DNA of 64,000 bases from positions 73,790-137,789 of the forward strand of contig JAJFJA010000005.1 of NCBI GenBank assembly GCA_021774445.1, written 5' to 3'. The notes beneath the pieces were generated by a model, which searched no databases, was not told the origin of the DNA, and saw nothing but the letters and a program-made list of their open reading frames with translations. A program made the position numbers and the translations under genes. Each line of letters starts with the position of its first letter. Positions within the stretch are counted from its first letter, which is position 1. The stretch is from Alphaproteobacteria bacterium (lineage in GTDB: Bacteria > Pseudomonadota > Alphaproteobacteria > UBA6615). Of this stretch, positions 37,442-47,465 are shown in pieces.

Positions 37442-38170
37442 TTAGTGATGAAGAATCTTGGCCAAAAAACGCTGTGCCCGTTCGCTGCGGGAGTTCGTGA
37501 AGAATTCCTCAGTTGGGCAATCCTCGATGATTTTTCCCTCGTCCATAAAGATGACCCGATGGGCGACTTTTCGGGCAAATCCCATTTCGTGCGTGACGCA
37601 CAACATCGTCATGCCTTCCCGGGCCAGCTCGACCATCACATCGAGAACTTCATTGATCATTTCCGGATCAAGGGCGGACGTCGGCTCATCAAACATCATG
37701 GCCACCGGATCCATGGCGAGAGCCCGGGCGATCGCCACCCTTTGCTGCTGACCGCCGGACAGGTGGGTCGGGTATTTTGTCGCTTGGTCGGCAAGCCCGA
37801 CCCGGGTCAACAGCCCGCGCGCCTTAGCGTCGGCCTCGTCCGCACTGCGTTTGAGCACTTTGCGTTGCGCCAGCACAAGATTCTGCAAGATGGTCAGATG
37901 CGGAAACAACTCGAAATTCTGGAAGACCATGCCAACGCGCATGCGTAACTTGGACAAGTTAGTCTTGGTATCACTGACACTGATATCGTCCACCCGGATC
38001 GTACCGGAGTCGAAGGGCTCCAAGCCGTTGACGCACTTAATCAGAGTCGATTTGCCTGACCCGGATGGTCCGCAGATGACGACGACTTCGCCCTGCTCTA
38101 TCTTGGTCGAGCAGTCTTTCAACACCTGGAAGGTGCCGTAAGCCTTGGAAACGTTCTCGAGTGTAATCAT
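37442..38170 (-). CDS. polar amino acid ABC transporter ATP-binding protein
   Basis: GPSGSGKST, LSGGQQQRV, FDEPTSALDPE, VTHEMGFA. Confidence 0.95.
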   Translation of the reverse strand: MITLENVSKAYGTFQVLKDCSTKIEQGEVVVICGPSGSGKSTLIKCVNGLEPFDSGTIRVDDISVSDTKTNLSKLRMRVGMVFQNFELFPHLTILQNLVLAQRKVLKRSADEADAKARGLLTRVGLADQATKYPTHLSGGQQQRVAIARALAMDPVAMMFDEPTSALDPEMINEVLDVMVELAREGMTMLCVTHEMGFARKVAHRVIFMDEGKIIEDCPTEEFFTNSRSERAQRFLAKILHH

Positions 38171-38182
38171 GAGGCCTTTCCG

Positions 38183-41161
38183 TCAAAAGCGGTCCAGGAG
38201 ATAGGGCCGGATATCCAGCGCCGGGCTCCCGTTGCAGATCAGTTGCGCGGTCAGCCGTGCGACGGCCGGCGCCAGGGTGTAACCATTCGAGGTGACCGCA
38301 TTGAAGAACCCCGGCGCACCCGGCGCCTCACCGATAATCGGGGCGCCGTCGATATTGACATTCATGCCGGCCCAGCTCCGCAGCACATGCAGCCCGGCCA
38401 ACTGTGGCAGGACTTGGTTTGCAATCCACAGATTGCCCTCAATGCTCTCGCGCACCGTCACGTTCATGTTCTGATGCTCGCTGTAGCACGCAGTCCAAGC
38501 ACCGCCGATGACGATGCCACCAGATGAAAGCTGCTTCAGGCTCAAATGCCGGTCGGCGTGGGCAACGAGTTGATCGATAAGCACGGGAGCTCGCTCCGTC
38601 ACAATCATCTGCAGCGGCGCGCTGTAGACCGGCAGGTCCAGGCCGGCCATCGCGCCGACAGATCGTGCCCAGGGACCGGCTGCATTCACCACCCGACCCG
38701 CTTTGATCGCGCCGCGATTTGTATCCACCCGCCAGCCGCCATTGACCCTTTCCAGACCGACTACGTCCGTGCTGCGCAGGTATCGTGCACCGATACGCTG
38801 CGCTTCTTCGAGCACCCGATAGGTCGCTGTCAGCGGATTGATCTTGCCCTCGTGCGGGGAATATTCGGCGCCGATCATATTGTCCGATAAGGCCGGTGCC
38901 AAATTCTTGAGTTCGTCGCGGCCGACAATCTCAGCCTCAAGACCATAACTACGTTCCAGAAGTGCTTTCTTATTCAGAAACTCCATGCCGGCGTCGCTTT
39001 CGGCGACCATCAGGCCGCCGGTGATACGGATTTCGAAATCATGGCCGCAGTTTTCCGCAATCTCCTGCCATAACGACACCGCCCAGGGACCGAGCGGTAA
39101 TGTCGCCGCAGCCGGGCCCCCGCCCGCCTCGGCCTTATCGCCAAAGTCGAACGATAGGAGTTGCACGTGTAAGCTGCCGGCATTAGCCCCCGATGCTTGG
39201 AGATTGGCGTCATCGCGTTCGACCACCAAAACATCTCGCCCCGCTTTGGCAAGCTCGTAGGCGAGACAAGCTCCGACCACACCACCGCCGATGACCACGA
39301 TATCTGCCGCGTCGGCGCCGAAGGCCGGCGCCGGGACGGCTCTTGAAAGGTCCGGCGAGCCGGCGCGCTGGTGGCCGCCCCATTCCGGTTTCCTGATGGC
39401 AAGGGCGGCGGCGGGAAAGGGCTTCACCGGCAGGCGCGGCGCAAAGCCCTGTGCAGCCTCCGGCGCCCCGTCGGTTGGGTGGCCAATCAAATGGACGGCG
39501 ACCGCCGTACAGTAACGCCCCTGGCAGCGGCCCATGCCAAGCCGGGTTCGGCGCTTCAGAACGGCAAGGTTGGCTACGCCATTCTCGATCTCCGATCGAA
39601 TTCGGCCAAAGTCCAGGCTTTCGCAACGGCAGAGAATCGTCCGGTCAGGGATCTGTTCCAAACGAACCGGCGGCGCCTCGAACAGGGTCCACAACAAGAC
39701 CTGGAACGCTTGGGCACGTTGCCGCGAACGCGTGGCGTGGGTCAGGAGAGTCTCGGCACCGGCAGCAAACCCTAGTTGCTTCGCCGCGGCGACGCCCGCG
39801 ATGGTGCCCGCCGCTTCCGCCACCGCTGCCCCGGCAACCCGCGCGCCGTCGCCGACTGCAAAAACGCCAGCAATGCTGGTCTCGCCGAGGTCGGAAGTTT
39901 CTACGCAGAGTGAGCCCAGATGACGCGGATCATGGCGCATGCGGCACCCAAGCGCATTGGCGATTTCGCTTGAGGCGATAAAGCCGTAGCCGAGGCACAG
40001 TACGTCGGCGGAAATGAGCTGTGCCCGTGCTGTGACCGCCCGACCGTCAGCCTCTACCGGCGCTAACTGAACGGCCCCGAGCCGATCCTCACCCATCGCC
40101 GCGATCGCGACATGCGACCATAGCACCGGTACGCGTTTTCGCTTCAGCCGCAGCAGGTACCCGACCCCCTCGATCATCTTCGCAGCATCGGCGCCGAACG
40201 CACGCGTCATCGGCGTCAAGCGTCGCGGCGCCGGCGCGCTTTCGGCCAGCGCAACGACGTCGACCCCGCGGTCGACAAGGTCGGCCGCGAGCTGAAAATT
40301 AAGCGGGCCATTCCCGGCGATCACAACTCGTTCCCCCGGCGAAACCTGATAAGCGCGGGCCAGTGTCTGGGCCGCGCCAGTTGTCATGACGCCCGGTAGT
40401 GTCCATCCCGGTAGCGGCATCGCCCGTTCATAGGCACCGGTGGCGAGAATCAGCCGACGAGGCGTGAAGAGAATGGTCTCGCCCCCAACCAGTGCCACCA
40501 CTTCCGCCGCCGAAAAGGCACCCCAGACCGTCGCGTCTTGCATGAGTTTTACGCCGGCCGCCCGGGCTCGACCGATCAGTTGCGCGCCGCGCGCGAATTG
40601 GGTGTCAGGCGCGGTAGGGGCCGCATGTGAGGGCGCAACAGGTTTGTAATATTGCCCACCGCTTTGGGCGCGCTCGTCCAGGACGATAACACTCGCGCCA
40701 CATTGCCTGGCGGCAAGGGCCGCCGAGAGGCCGGCCGGACCCGCGCCAATCACGAGAATGTCGATTTCCTGCATCGGCAACTCGGCCCGATCGGGACAGG
40801 CTACAATGGGTTTCAACAAATCGAGGGCGGTACCGGCCGGCGGCAGCGATCGAACATCCTCTCCGCCGGTCACCTTGGTTAAGCAGGCGCGCTGACTGGC
40901 CCGGCCGTCAACCGTGACCGCACAGTCAAAGCACGCCCCCATGCCGCAATACAGCCCGCGCCAGTCCGGTTCCCCATTCGGCCGGCCGATTTCGGATTGA
41001 CGCATCGCCGAGATGCCGCTTGCCGTCAGCGCCGCAGCAATCGTTTCGTTCGTGAGCGCACGCACTCGACGGCCATCGAACGTGAATTCAACCACTTCGC
41101 CGGCGCGCCTCACTTTTCGGCGCCGCAGCCGTCTGCCAAGTTCGTTTGACGGGTCGTTCAC
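38183..41161 (-). CDS. fused 2Fe-2S / FAD-NAD-binding / DAO-family oxidoreductase (opine or D-hydroxyproline dehydrogenase-like)
   Basis: CGMGACFDC...RAC; VIGAGPAG; CRCE...GMGRCQGRYC; second FAD motif VIGGGVVG, ASGANAG, SWAG; one 992-aa ORF. Confidence 0.88.
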   Translation of the reverse strand: MNDPSNELGRRLRRRKVRRAGEVVEFTFDGRRVRALTNETIAAALTASGISAMRQSEIGRPNGEPDWRGLYCGMGACFDCAVTVDGRASQRACLTKVTGGEDVRSLPPAGTALDLLKPIVACPDRAELPMQEIDILVIGAGPAGLSAALAARQCGASVIVLDERAQSGGQYYKPVAPSHAAPTAPDTQFARGAQLIGRARAAGVKLMQDATVWGAFSAAEVVALVGGETILFTPRRLILATGAYERAMPLPGWTLPGVMTTGAAQTLARAYQVSPGERVVIAGNGPLNFQLAADLVDRGVDVVALAESAPAPRRLTPMTRAFGADAAKMIEGVGYLLRLKRKRVPVLWSHVAIAAMGEDRLGAVQLAPVEADGRAVTARAQLISADVLCLGYGFIASSEIANALGCRMRHDPRHLGSLCVETSDLGETSIAGVFAVGDGARVAGAAVAEAAGTIAGVAAAKQLGFAAGAETLLTHATRSRQRAQAFQVLLWTLFEAPPVRLEQIPDRTILCRCESLDFGRIRSEIENGVANLAVLKRRTRLGMGRCQGRYCTAVAVHLIGHPTDGAPEAAQGFAPRLPVKPFPAAALAIRKPEWGGHQRAGSPDLSRAVPAPAFGADAADIVVIGGGVVGACLAYELAKAGRDVLVVERDDANLQASGANAGSLHVQLLSFDFGDKAEAGGGPAAATLPLGPWAVSLWQEIAENCGHDFEIRITGGLMVAESDAGMEFLNKKALLERSYGLEAEIVGRDELKNLAPALSDNMIGAEYSPHEGKINPLTATYRVLEEAQRIGARYLRSTDVVGLERVNGGWRVDTNRGAIKAGRVVNAAGPWARSVGAMAGLDLPVYSAPLQMIVTERAPVLIDQLVAHADRHLSLKQLSSGGIVIGGAWTACYSEHQNMNVTVRESIEGNLWIANQVLPQLAGLHVLRSWAGMNVNIDGAPIIGEAPGAPGFFNAVTSNGYTLAPAVARLTAQLICNGSPALDIRPYLLDRF

Positions 41162-41208
41162 CCGGTTCAGTGCCTCAATTTCGCTCGAACGCGGCCAGGA
41201 TAGCCGAT

Positions 41209-41234
41209 ATATTCATTATATACATAATGAATAT
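41209..41234. promoter_or_regulatory. 11-bp perfect inverted repeat, candidate GntR operator
   Basis: ATATTCATTAT-ATAC-ATAATGAATAT in an AT-rich divergent intergenic region. Confidence 0.65.
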
Positions 41235-41277
41235 TTTCTGTATTATCGCTGCTAAATAAAAACGTAGATAGGCTGAA

Positions 41278-42186
41278 ATGAGCCGATTTCGCGGAACCTA
41301 CACAGTAATGGTCACGCCGTTCGAACCGGATGGGAGGTCCGTCGACATCGCCGCGTTGCGCCATCTCGTCGATTGGCAGATCAAGGAAGGAATTCATGGT
41401 CTGGTCCCGTTGGGCAGCACGGGCGAGTTCCTATCCATAAGCCGGGAGGAGCGGCAACTGGTCATTGAGACTTGCGTCAGCGAAGCCGGTGGCCGGGTGC
41501 CCGTGCTGATTGGAACCGGCGCGGAAGCCACGTTCGAGGCAGTGGAGCTGTCCCGCGAAGCCGAAGCATTGGGCGCCGACGGCGTCATGGTTATCCCGCC
41601 GTTTTATTCCACCCCCACGGAAGACGAACTGTTCGCGCATTACCGCAAGATCGGCGAGGCCATCTCGGTTCCCGTCATGGTCTACAACAATCCGGCGACC
41701 GCTAATGTCGACCTCGTTCCACAGACCATCGATCGCCTCAGTCACATCGACAACGTGACCATGGTGAAGGAGTCCACGCTCGAGGTCACCCGGGTTCGAG
41801 ATATTCTCGAGCTTTGCGGGAATCGTATCGAGGTATTTGCCGGCGTTCTTGGCTACGAGTCCTTTTGGCTCGGTGCCGTAGGCTGGGTTTCGGTCTGCTC
41901 CAATCTCATTCCCCGCGCCTCCGCCGATCTGTTCACGCTGGTCGCCGACCATGCCGACCACGCGGGCGCCCTGACGCTTTATCGTCGAATACTACCGATC
42001 ATACGTTGGGTTGGCGGCCATCGTTATGTGTCGGCCACAAAGGCGGGTTTGGACATGATGGGGCTGCCGGTCGGAGACCCACGGCCCCCGCGCCTGGCGC
42101 TTCCGGCAAATGAACGCAACGCGTTGGCGGAAGAGCTCTCACGCCAGGGACTTAAACAATCCTTGGCGCCAGCGTTCGCCAACTGA
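41278..42186 (+). CDS. dihydrodipicolinate synthase family lyase/deaminase
   Basis: VTPF, LGSTGEF, YNNP, VKES (Schiff-base Lys). Confidence 0.9.
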   Translation: MSRFRGTYTVMVTPFEPDGRSVDIAALRHLVDWQIKEGIHGLVPLGSTGEFLSISREERQLVIETCVSEAGGRVPVLIGTGAEATFEAVELSREAEALGADGVMVIPPFYSTPTEDELFAHYRKIGEAISVPVMVYNNPATANVDLVPQTIDRLSHIDNVTMVKESTLEVTRVRDILELCGNRIEVFAGVLGYESFWLGAVGWVSVCSNLIPRASADLFTLVADHADHAGALTLYRRILPIIRWVGGHRYVSATKAGLDMMGLPVGDPRPPRLALPANERNALAEELSRQGLKQSLAPAFAN

Positions 42187-42235
42187 GGCCGGAAGAATCA
42201 GCAACACGTACCAGCGAAGAAAGGAAGACCAACAA

Positions 42236-43084
42236 ATGTTTAGGAGTATTACAGGGAAGATCGCTTACGCCTCACTTGGTGCTGCAATGGCATCACTGTT
42301 CAGCGCATCCGTCGCGTCGGCGCAGGATTGTACACCGACAGTTTCGGATAGCGCGTTGATTGAGCCGGGCAAGTTGATCATGTCAACCAATCCGACCCTG
42401 CCGCCGATGCAATTCGTCGACTCAAGCGGCACGCTAAAAGGCATGCGGATCACCCTCGGCGACGAGGTCGCAAAGCGCCTATGCCTTGAACCTGAGTACA
42501 TCCGCATCGAATTCTCGGCCATGATACCCGGGCTCCAGGCAGGCCGCTGGGATGTCATCAACACCGGCATCTTCTGGACCGCAGAGCGCGCCGGCATCAT
42601 GCAGATGATCCCTTATGAGTCCCAAGCGATCAGCATCTCAGTGCCGACCGGCAACCCGGCCGGCATCTCTAAGGCCGAAGATCTTGCCGGCAAGACCGTC
42701 GGTGTCGAGATCGGCGGTTTTGAGGAAGCGAAAGTGAAGCTGCTGGCCGAGGAACTCACCGCCAAGGGCATGGAGAGACTCGAGGTCCGCACATTTGACA
42801 ATTTCGCCACAGCCTATCAAGCGTTACGGGCAGGACAGACCGATGCCACCGTTAGCATCGATTCAACCGCCGCCGAATACGCCACGCGCGGCGAGTTCGA
42901 TCGCGCGATATCCGGCTTGTTCGCCACCCCGGTCGCACTTGCCATGGCAAATGAAGAGCTTGCCAATGCGGTCTTGGAAGTCATGAACGAGATGATGGAG
43001 GACGGCAGCTACACGGCGCTGCTCGATGAGTATGGCGTTTTGGCCAATACCGAGCCGTTCGTCATTCGCGGCCCGAACGGCTAG
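42236..43084 (+). CDS. polar amino acid ABC substrate-binding protein
   Basis: Signal peptide, FSAMIPGLQAGRWD, DLAGKTVGVE, DGSY. Confidence 0.9.
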   Translation: MFRSITGKIAYASLGAAMASLFSASVASAQDCTPTVSDSALIEPGKLIMSTNPTLPPMQFVDSSGTLKGMRITLGDEVAKRLCLEPEYIRIEFSAMIPGLQAGRWDVINTGIFWTAERAGIMQMIPYESQAISISVPTGNPAGISKAEDLAGKTVGVEIGGFEEAKVKLLAEELTAKGMERLEVRTFDNFATAYQALRAGQTDATVSIDSTAAEYATRGEFDRAISGLFATPVALAMANEELANAVLEVMNEMMEDGSYTALLDEYGVLANTEPFVIRGPNG

Positions 43085-43103
43085 GATCGTTACCTCCTGT
43101 CTG

Positions 43104-43143
43104 GGCACGTCCGCCGATGCCGGCGGGCGTGCCTCTTTTTTTT
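43104..43143 (+). terminator. Rho-independent terminator between the SBP and permease genes
   Basis: GGCACGTCCGCCG-ATGC-CGGCGGGCGTGCC followed by TCTTTTTTTT. Confidence 0.75.
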
Positions 43144-43163
43144 GATATCGCGAGCGGGGCAGC

Positions 43164-43865
43164 ATGAACAGAAGCGTTTGGGACTGGGGCGGATTCCAAG
43201 ACTATGTCTTCAACGAGTTCCTGTTCTTCGGTGTCCTTTGGACCATTGGGCTCACGGTCGCGGCAATCATCGGCGGCTTAGTGCTCGGCGCCGTGCTCGC
43301 GCTCATGCGCGTGTCGCCGGTCAAGGCGATTTCCTTTTTCGCCCAGTTCTATATTTGGCTGTTCAGGGGAACACCGCTGCTGGTCCAGCTATTGATCATA
43401 TTCACCGGCCTGCCGCTCGCAATCGGCGTGCGGTTTAGCGTGCTGGAAGCAGCGCTACTGGGCTTGATCTTGAACGAAGCCGCCTACCTCGCCGAGATCA
43501 TTCGCGGCGGTATCCTCGCCGTCCCAGCCGGTCAAAGCAATGCCGCCAGGGCTCTCGGCCTCAACCCCGTGCAGGTCATGCGGTATATCGTCTTGCCGCA
43601 GGCCGCCCGCATCATCGTCCCGCCGCTGGGCAACAGCGTGAACGGGTTATTGAAAACAACGTCCGTGACTTCCGTCATTTCCATGGAAGAGCTCTTGCGG
43701 AGAACGCAGATACTCATCCAGGAGCGCTTTCTCGTGCTCGAGCTTTTCGCAGTGGCGGCGATCTACTACCTGATCCTCACCACGCTTTGGGACCTTGTCC
43801 AACGTCGGATCGAGGCAAGATTCGGCAAGGCTTACAGCAAAGTCCAGATCGCCGAAAGCTACTGA
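43164..43865 (+). CDS. polar amino acid ABC permease
   Basis: FRGTPLLVQL, EAAYLAEIIRGG, VLPQA, LLKTTS. Confidence 0.93.
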   Translation: MNRSVWDWGGFQDYVFNEFLFFGVLWTIGLTVAAIIGGLVLGAVLALMRVSPVKAISFFAQFYIWLFRGTPLLVQLLIIFTGLPLAIGVRFSVLEAALLGLILNEAAYLAEIIRGGILAVPAGQSNAARALGLNPVQVMRYIVLPQAARIIVPPLGNSVNGLLKTTSVTSVISMEELLRRTQILIQERFLVLELFAVAAIYYLILTTLWDLVQRRIEARFGKAYSKVQIAESY

Positions 43866-43881
43866 GACCGGTAGCACCTTG

Positions 43882-44724
43882 CTAGCCGAAGCCGTAGAGC
43901 CGGGCCGGGTTCTCGCTAAGGATCATGTCGCGAACAGGCGGACTATCGGTCCAATGCAGCAACGTATCCAGTAGGTCACCATCATCCGGTTTCGCGGCCG
44001 GGTCCGGCCCACCCAGATGCGGCCAGTTGCTGCCCCACAGCATGCGCTCCGGCGCCACCTCGATCAGTGCCTTGGCCAAGGCGCCGGAGTGCTCGAGGTA
44101 GGGCGGCTCGCCCCAAGCGGATTCATAGGGGGCGGACAGCTTGACATAACAACGGCCGGTGTCGACCAGGCGGAGCAGCGCCTTGAAGCCCGGATGGTCG
44201 GTAGTCACCGGTTCGAGGAATTTACCGATATGATCGAGCACCAGTATGTTCGGAAGCCGTTCCAGCAGTGTCGCGTACTCAACGAGTTCGACCCCGTTAA
44301 GCTGCACGTGCACATGCCAACCGACCGGCATCACTTTGGCCGCAATCGCCGGCACATCGGTCCAATCGAACCGGCTGCCCGACAGCATATACAATGCGGC
44401 GCCGCGAATCCCAGCCGCCGTCAGGTGATCGAGCTCCTGTCCGCTGACCGATGCATCGACGGCAGCGGTGCCGCGAGCGCCGGGGCCGAACGTCTCCATC
44501 GCGGCCAAGACCCACGCGTTGTCCGTGCCATAGCATGGGGCCTGAGTCATGATGCAGCGCTCAATCCCCAGACGGTCCGCGACCGCCCGGTATTCGACGA
44601 TGGAGGCTTCGGGAAAAGCTTCCTGCCCCGGTGCCACAGGAAAGCGGGATGTCGGGTAGACGATATGCACGTGGCAGTCACAAGTTCCGGCCGGCGCCTG
44701 CAAGCGTGGATGCGATGAGCTCAT
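43882..44724 (-). CDS. amidohydrolase_2 family lactonase/isomerase (LigI/Gli-like)
   Basis: CDCHVH, YGTDN, GWHV, LDHIG, VKLSAPY, WGSNWPH, NPARLYGF. Confidence 0.88.
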   Translation of the reverse strand: MSSSHPRLQAPAGTCDCHVHIVYPTSRFPVAPGQEAFPEASIVEYRAVADRLGIERCIMTQAPCYGTDNAWVLAAMETFGPGARGTAAVDASVSGQELDHLTAAGIRGAALYMLSGSRFDWTDVPAIAAKVMPVGWHVHVQLNGVELVEYATLLERLPNILVLDHIGKFLEPVTTDHPGFKALLRLVDTGRCYVKLSAPYESAWGEPPYLEHSGALAKALIEVAPERMLWGSNWPHLGGPDPAAKPDDGDLLDTLLHWTDSPPVRDMILSENPARLYGFG

Positions 44725-44729
44725 CGGCC

Positions 44730-45932
44730 TTACTCCAGCGCTGTGGCGAGATCGAGCCGGCAGTTCGTCCAGGCCCCGTTCGCCTTGCTCGAATCGATTG
44801 CCGCCTGCACAAATTTCACGCCGCGGGCGCCATCAAGCACATTGGGAAATTGCAGCGCCAGAGGGTCGGTTTCCTTGCCAGCGCGCCGGCTGGCGATTGC
44901 TTCCGCAGCGTCGGAATAGATATTGGCAAATCCCTCATGGAAGCCTTCGGGATGCCCCTTAACGATACGGGCCGCCCGCGCACTCAGAGGTAGGGTCCCG
45001 GGGCCATTGCGCGTCCGGGTCTGAGCCGGTCCGTCGAGAGGCAAGAAAGTCAACACATTCGGATGCTCTTGCCACCATTCGATGCTGCCGCGCGTTCCCG
45101 AGACGCGGATGCGCAGACAGTTCTCGACGCCAGCCGCGGCTTGGGTGACCCAAAAACTGCCGCGGGCGCCACCGGCGAAGCGTAGCAGCGCCCCGGCATA
45201 GTCATGCACCAGCCGCGCCGGTACGATGGTCCCAACCTCGGCGGCCAACTCGTCCACATCCAACCCGGTAACAAAGCAGGCCAGGTTATGGGCGTGGGTG
45301 CCGATATCCCCCATCACCAACGACGGCCCGCCGCGCACCGGGTCATAGCGCCATGGTACCGGGCCGGCTTTGGGATCCGGATCATTCTCAGCGGCTTTGC
45401 CACCCTGCACATATTCCACTTGGACCAAACGAAGCTCGCCGAGTTGTCCGTCCGCCACCATGGCGCGGGCCTGACGCACCATGGGGTAACCGGTGTAGTT
45501 GTGTGTCAACGCAAAGACCAAGCCGGTTTCACGCACCTTCTTCACCAAGTCGATCGCTTCGTCGACGCTATTGCAGAGCGGCTTGTCGCAGATCACGTCG
45601 AAGCCGTGCCCAAGGGCGGCCATGCTGTATTCATGATGGGTGTCGTTCGGCGTCATGATGGCAACGACATCGGCGCCGTTGGGATGCTCGGCCTCCGCGG
45701 CAATCAGTTTGGCGGCGGACTCATAGGCTCGATCGGCAGGCAAGCCGATGCCCCGCGCTGCTTCCCGGGCGCGGCCGGCATTCGACGACAGCGCCGCGGC
45801 GACGATTTCATAACGGTCGTCCAGCCGGGCCGCAGTCCGGTGCATTGCACCAATAAAAGAGCCGGGGCCACCGCCAATCACGGCAAGACGTAGGCGGCGC
45901 CCTAGGGCTTGTATGACCGGGTTGGTATCCAT
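44730..45932 (-). CDS. Gfo/Idh/MocA family oxidoreductase
   Basis: LRLAVIGGGPGSFIG, TPNDTH, CDKP, HNYTGYPMV, GDIGTHA, GHPEG. Confidence 0.92.
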   Translation of the reverse strand: MDTNPVIQALGRRLRLAVIGGGPGSFIGAMHRTAARLDDRYEIVAAALSSNAGRAREAARGIGLPADRAYESAAKLIAAEAEHPNGADVVAIMTPNDTHHEYSMAALGHGFDVICDKPLCNSVDEAIDLVKKVRETGLVFALTHNYTGYPMVRQARAMVADGQLGELRLVQVEYVQGGKAAENDPDPKAGPVPWRYDPVRGGPSLVMGDIGTHAHNLACFVTGLDVDELAAEVGTIVPARLVHDYAGALLRFAGGARGSFWVTQAAAGVENCLRIRVSGTRGSIEWWQEHPNVLTFLPLDGPAQTRTRNGPGTLPLSARAARIVKGHPEGFHEGFANIYSDAAEAIASRRAGKETDPLALQFPNVLDGARGVKFVQAAIDSSKANGAWTNCRLDLATALE

Positions 45933-46076
45933 GGGTGTCCTCCAGGCGTGTCGATAGAACGGGCGACACTAGTGATCGCAGCGGCCGCGTCAGATCGCAA
46001 CTACTAAAGGTTTCGGAACAAGGATCCGCACATGACCGCAACGGTCGCGCGTTCGTCTGTTGGATCGGCTATGGCC

Positions 46077-47453
46077 TCACGCGGACCACGGGGAGGTAAA
46101 GTTGGTCTTTTCCGGGCCGTCGGGCCGAATACCCGATTTTTTTGGATCGGCGTGCTTTTCGAAAAACGCCGTTAGTTGATCCGATAGTTGCGCGATGCGT
46201 GACTGGTGTTCGGGTTCGGCCGCAAGATTGATTACTTCCTGCGGATCGTCCCGCAGATCGAACAGCTCGTCCGGACCGTCAGGATAGCGTTTTACCAACT
46301 TGTAGCGCGGTGTCCTGACCATGCGCACCGGGCCGTATTCGCCAAACTGAACTTGCCGCCACGGCGCGGGAAGAAGTTCATTGGTTAGGAGCGGCAAGAA
46401 ACTCTTTCCGGGATACGTATCCGAAATTTCTGCCGGCGCTTTGGTACCGGCAAACGCCATCAATGTTTGGAAGAGATCGAGATGATCGACGAACTCCGGC
46501 CGTCGCTGTCCGGAAAACAGCGCCTCTCCCGGATGGTGAAAGATCATCGGAATGCGGATGCTCTCCTCAACCATATTCAGGGGCATTGTGCCGTTTCCCT
46601 TACCCCAAATACCGTGATGGCCACAGCAAAGACCATGATCCGATGTATAGACGATCAGGGTCTCGTCGATGAGACCAAGCGCGTCCAATTCATCCAGTAG
46701 CCGGCCGACCGCCTCATCGAGGCTGGAAACCGCGGCATAGTATTGCACCAAGCCCTCACGCGCCTCCGTACGCGACATGAGTTCGGCAGACTCCAGATTT
46801 TGCCGCCCGAACGGATATGCCGATCCCGTCTGGAAGTCCAACAAGTCACGATGGCGATAGTGCTGCACCAGGCGCTCGGGGTGATCGGACCAGGGGCTGT
46901 GGGTTGCGGTATGACCAACAAATAGAAAGAAGGGTCGATCGGTCTTGCGGTTGTGCAGAAATCCGACGGCCTGGTCTGTAATGATTTGCGATTTGAAACC
47001 AGAAAGGCTCTTGATCTCTCCGTTAAGGCTATATTGGTACGTCCCCTTCGCCGTGATCGGATAGTCGCCGTTCAGGGCAAACCAGTGATCGAACCCCGGA
47101 TGGGGGATGACGTCGTTGCCCAAGTGCCACTTACCCGACAAAGCCACTTCATAGCCGTCGCGCTGCAGCATCTCCGGCAAAGTGACCTCATTTTCGAGCC
47201 ACCGCCTGGTGCCGAAGTCCTCGGCGTTGGCGATGTAGTCATGCAATCCGTGCTGGGATGCCAGCCGGCCGGTCAGAAAGCAGGCGCGCGCCGGCGAACA
47301 GACGGGTGTCGGCGTGAAGGCGTTCTCCATCACGACGCCGGTGTTGGCCAAGTAGTTTAGAGTTGGGGTGTGCAGGTCTCTGTTGCCGTAGGCAGGCAAC
47401 GCCCACTGGCCGTGATCGTCGTTAAAGATAACAACAATGTTTTTGCCTGGCAT
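46077..47453 (-). CDS. Cys-type sulfatase
   Basis: NDDHG, CSPARA signature, GKWHLG, TSDHG, ELFDL; no obvious signal peptide. Confidence 0.93.
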   Translation of the reverse strand: MPGKNIVVIFNDDHGQWALPAYGNRDLHTPTLNYLANTGVVMENAFTPTPVCSPARACFLTGRLASQHGLHDYIANAEDFGTRRWLENEVTLPEMLQRDGYEVALSGKWHLGNDVIPHPGFDHWFALNGDYPITAKGTYQYSLNGEIKSLSGFKSQIITDQAVGFLHNRKTDRPFFLFVGHTATHSPWSDHPERLVQHYRHRDLLDFQTGSAYPFGRQNLESAELMSRTEAREGLVQYYAAVSSLDEAVGRLLDELDALGLIDETLIVYTSDHGLCCGHHGIWGKGNGTMPLNMVEESIRIPMIFHHPGEALFSGQRRPEFVDHLDLFQTLMAFAGTKAPAEISDTYPGKSFLPLLTNELLPAPWRQVQFGEYGPVRMVRTPRYKLVKRYPDGPDELFDLRDDPQEVINLAAEPEHQSRIAQLSDQLTAFFEKHADPKKSGIRPDGPEKTNFTSPWSA

Positions 47454-47465
47454 GAACCGGCCCCG

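Noticed and set aside
38183..41161. Calling the fusion a hydrogen cyanide synthase (hcnABC)
   Set aside because: Same superfamily, but the importer, DHDPS-like lyase and GntR context indicate amino-acid catabolism
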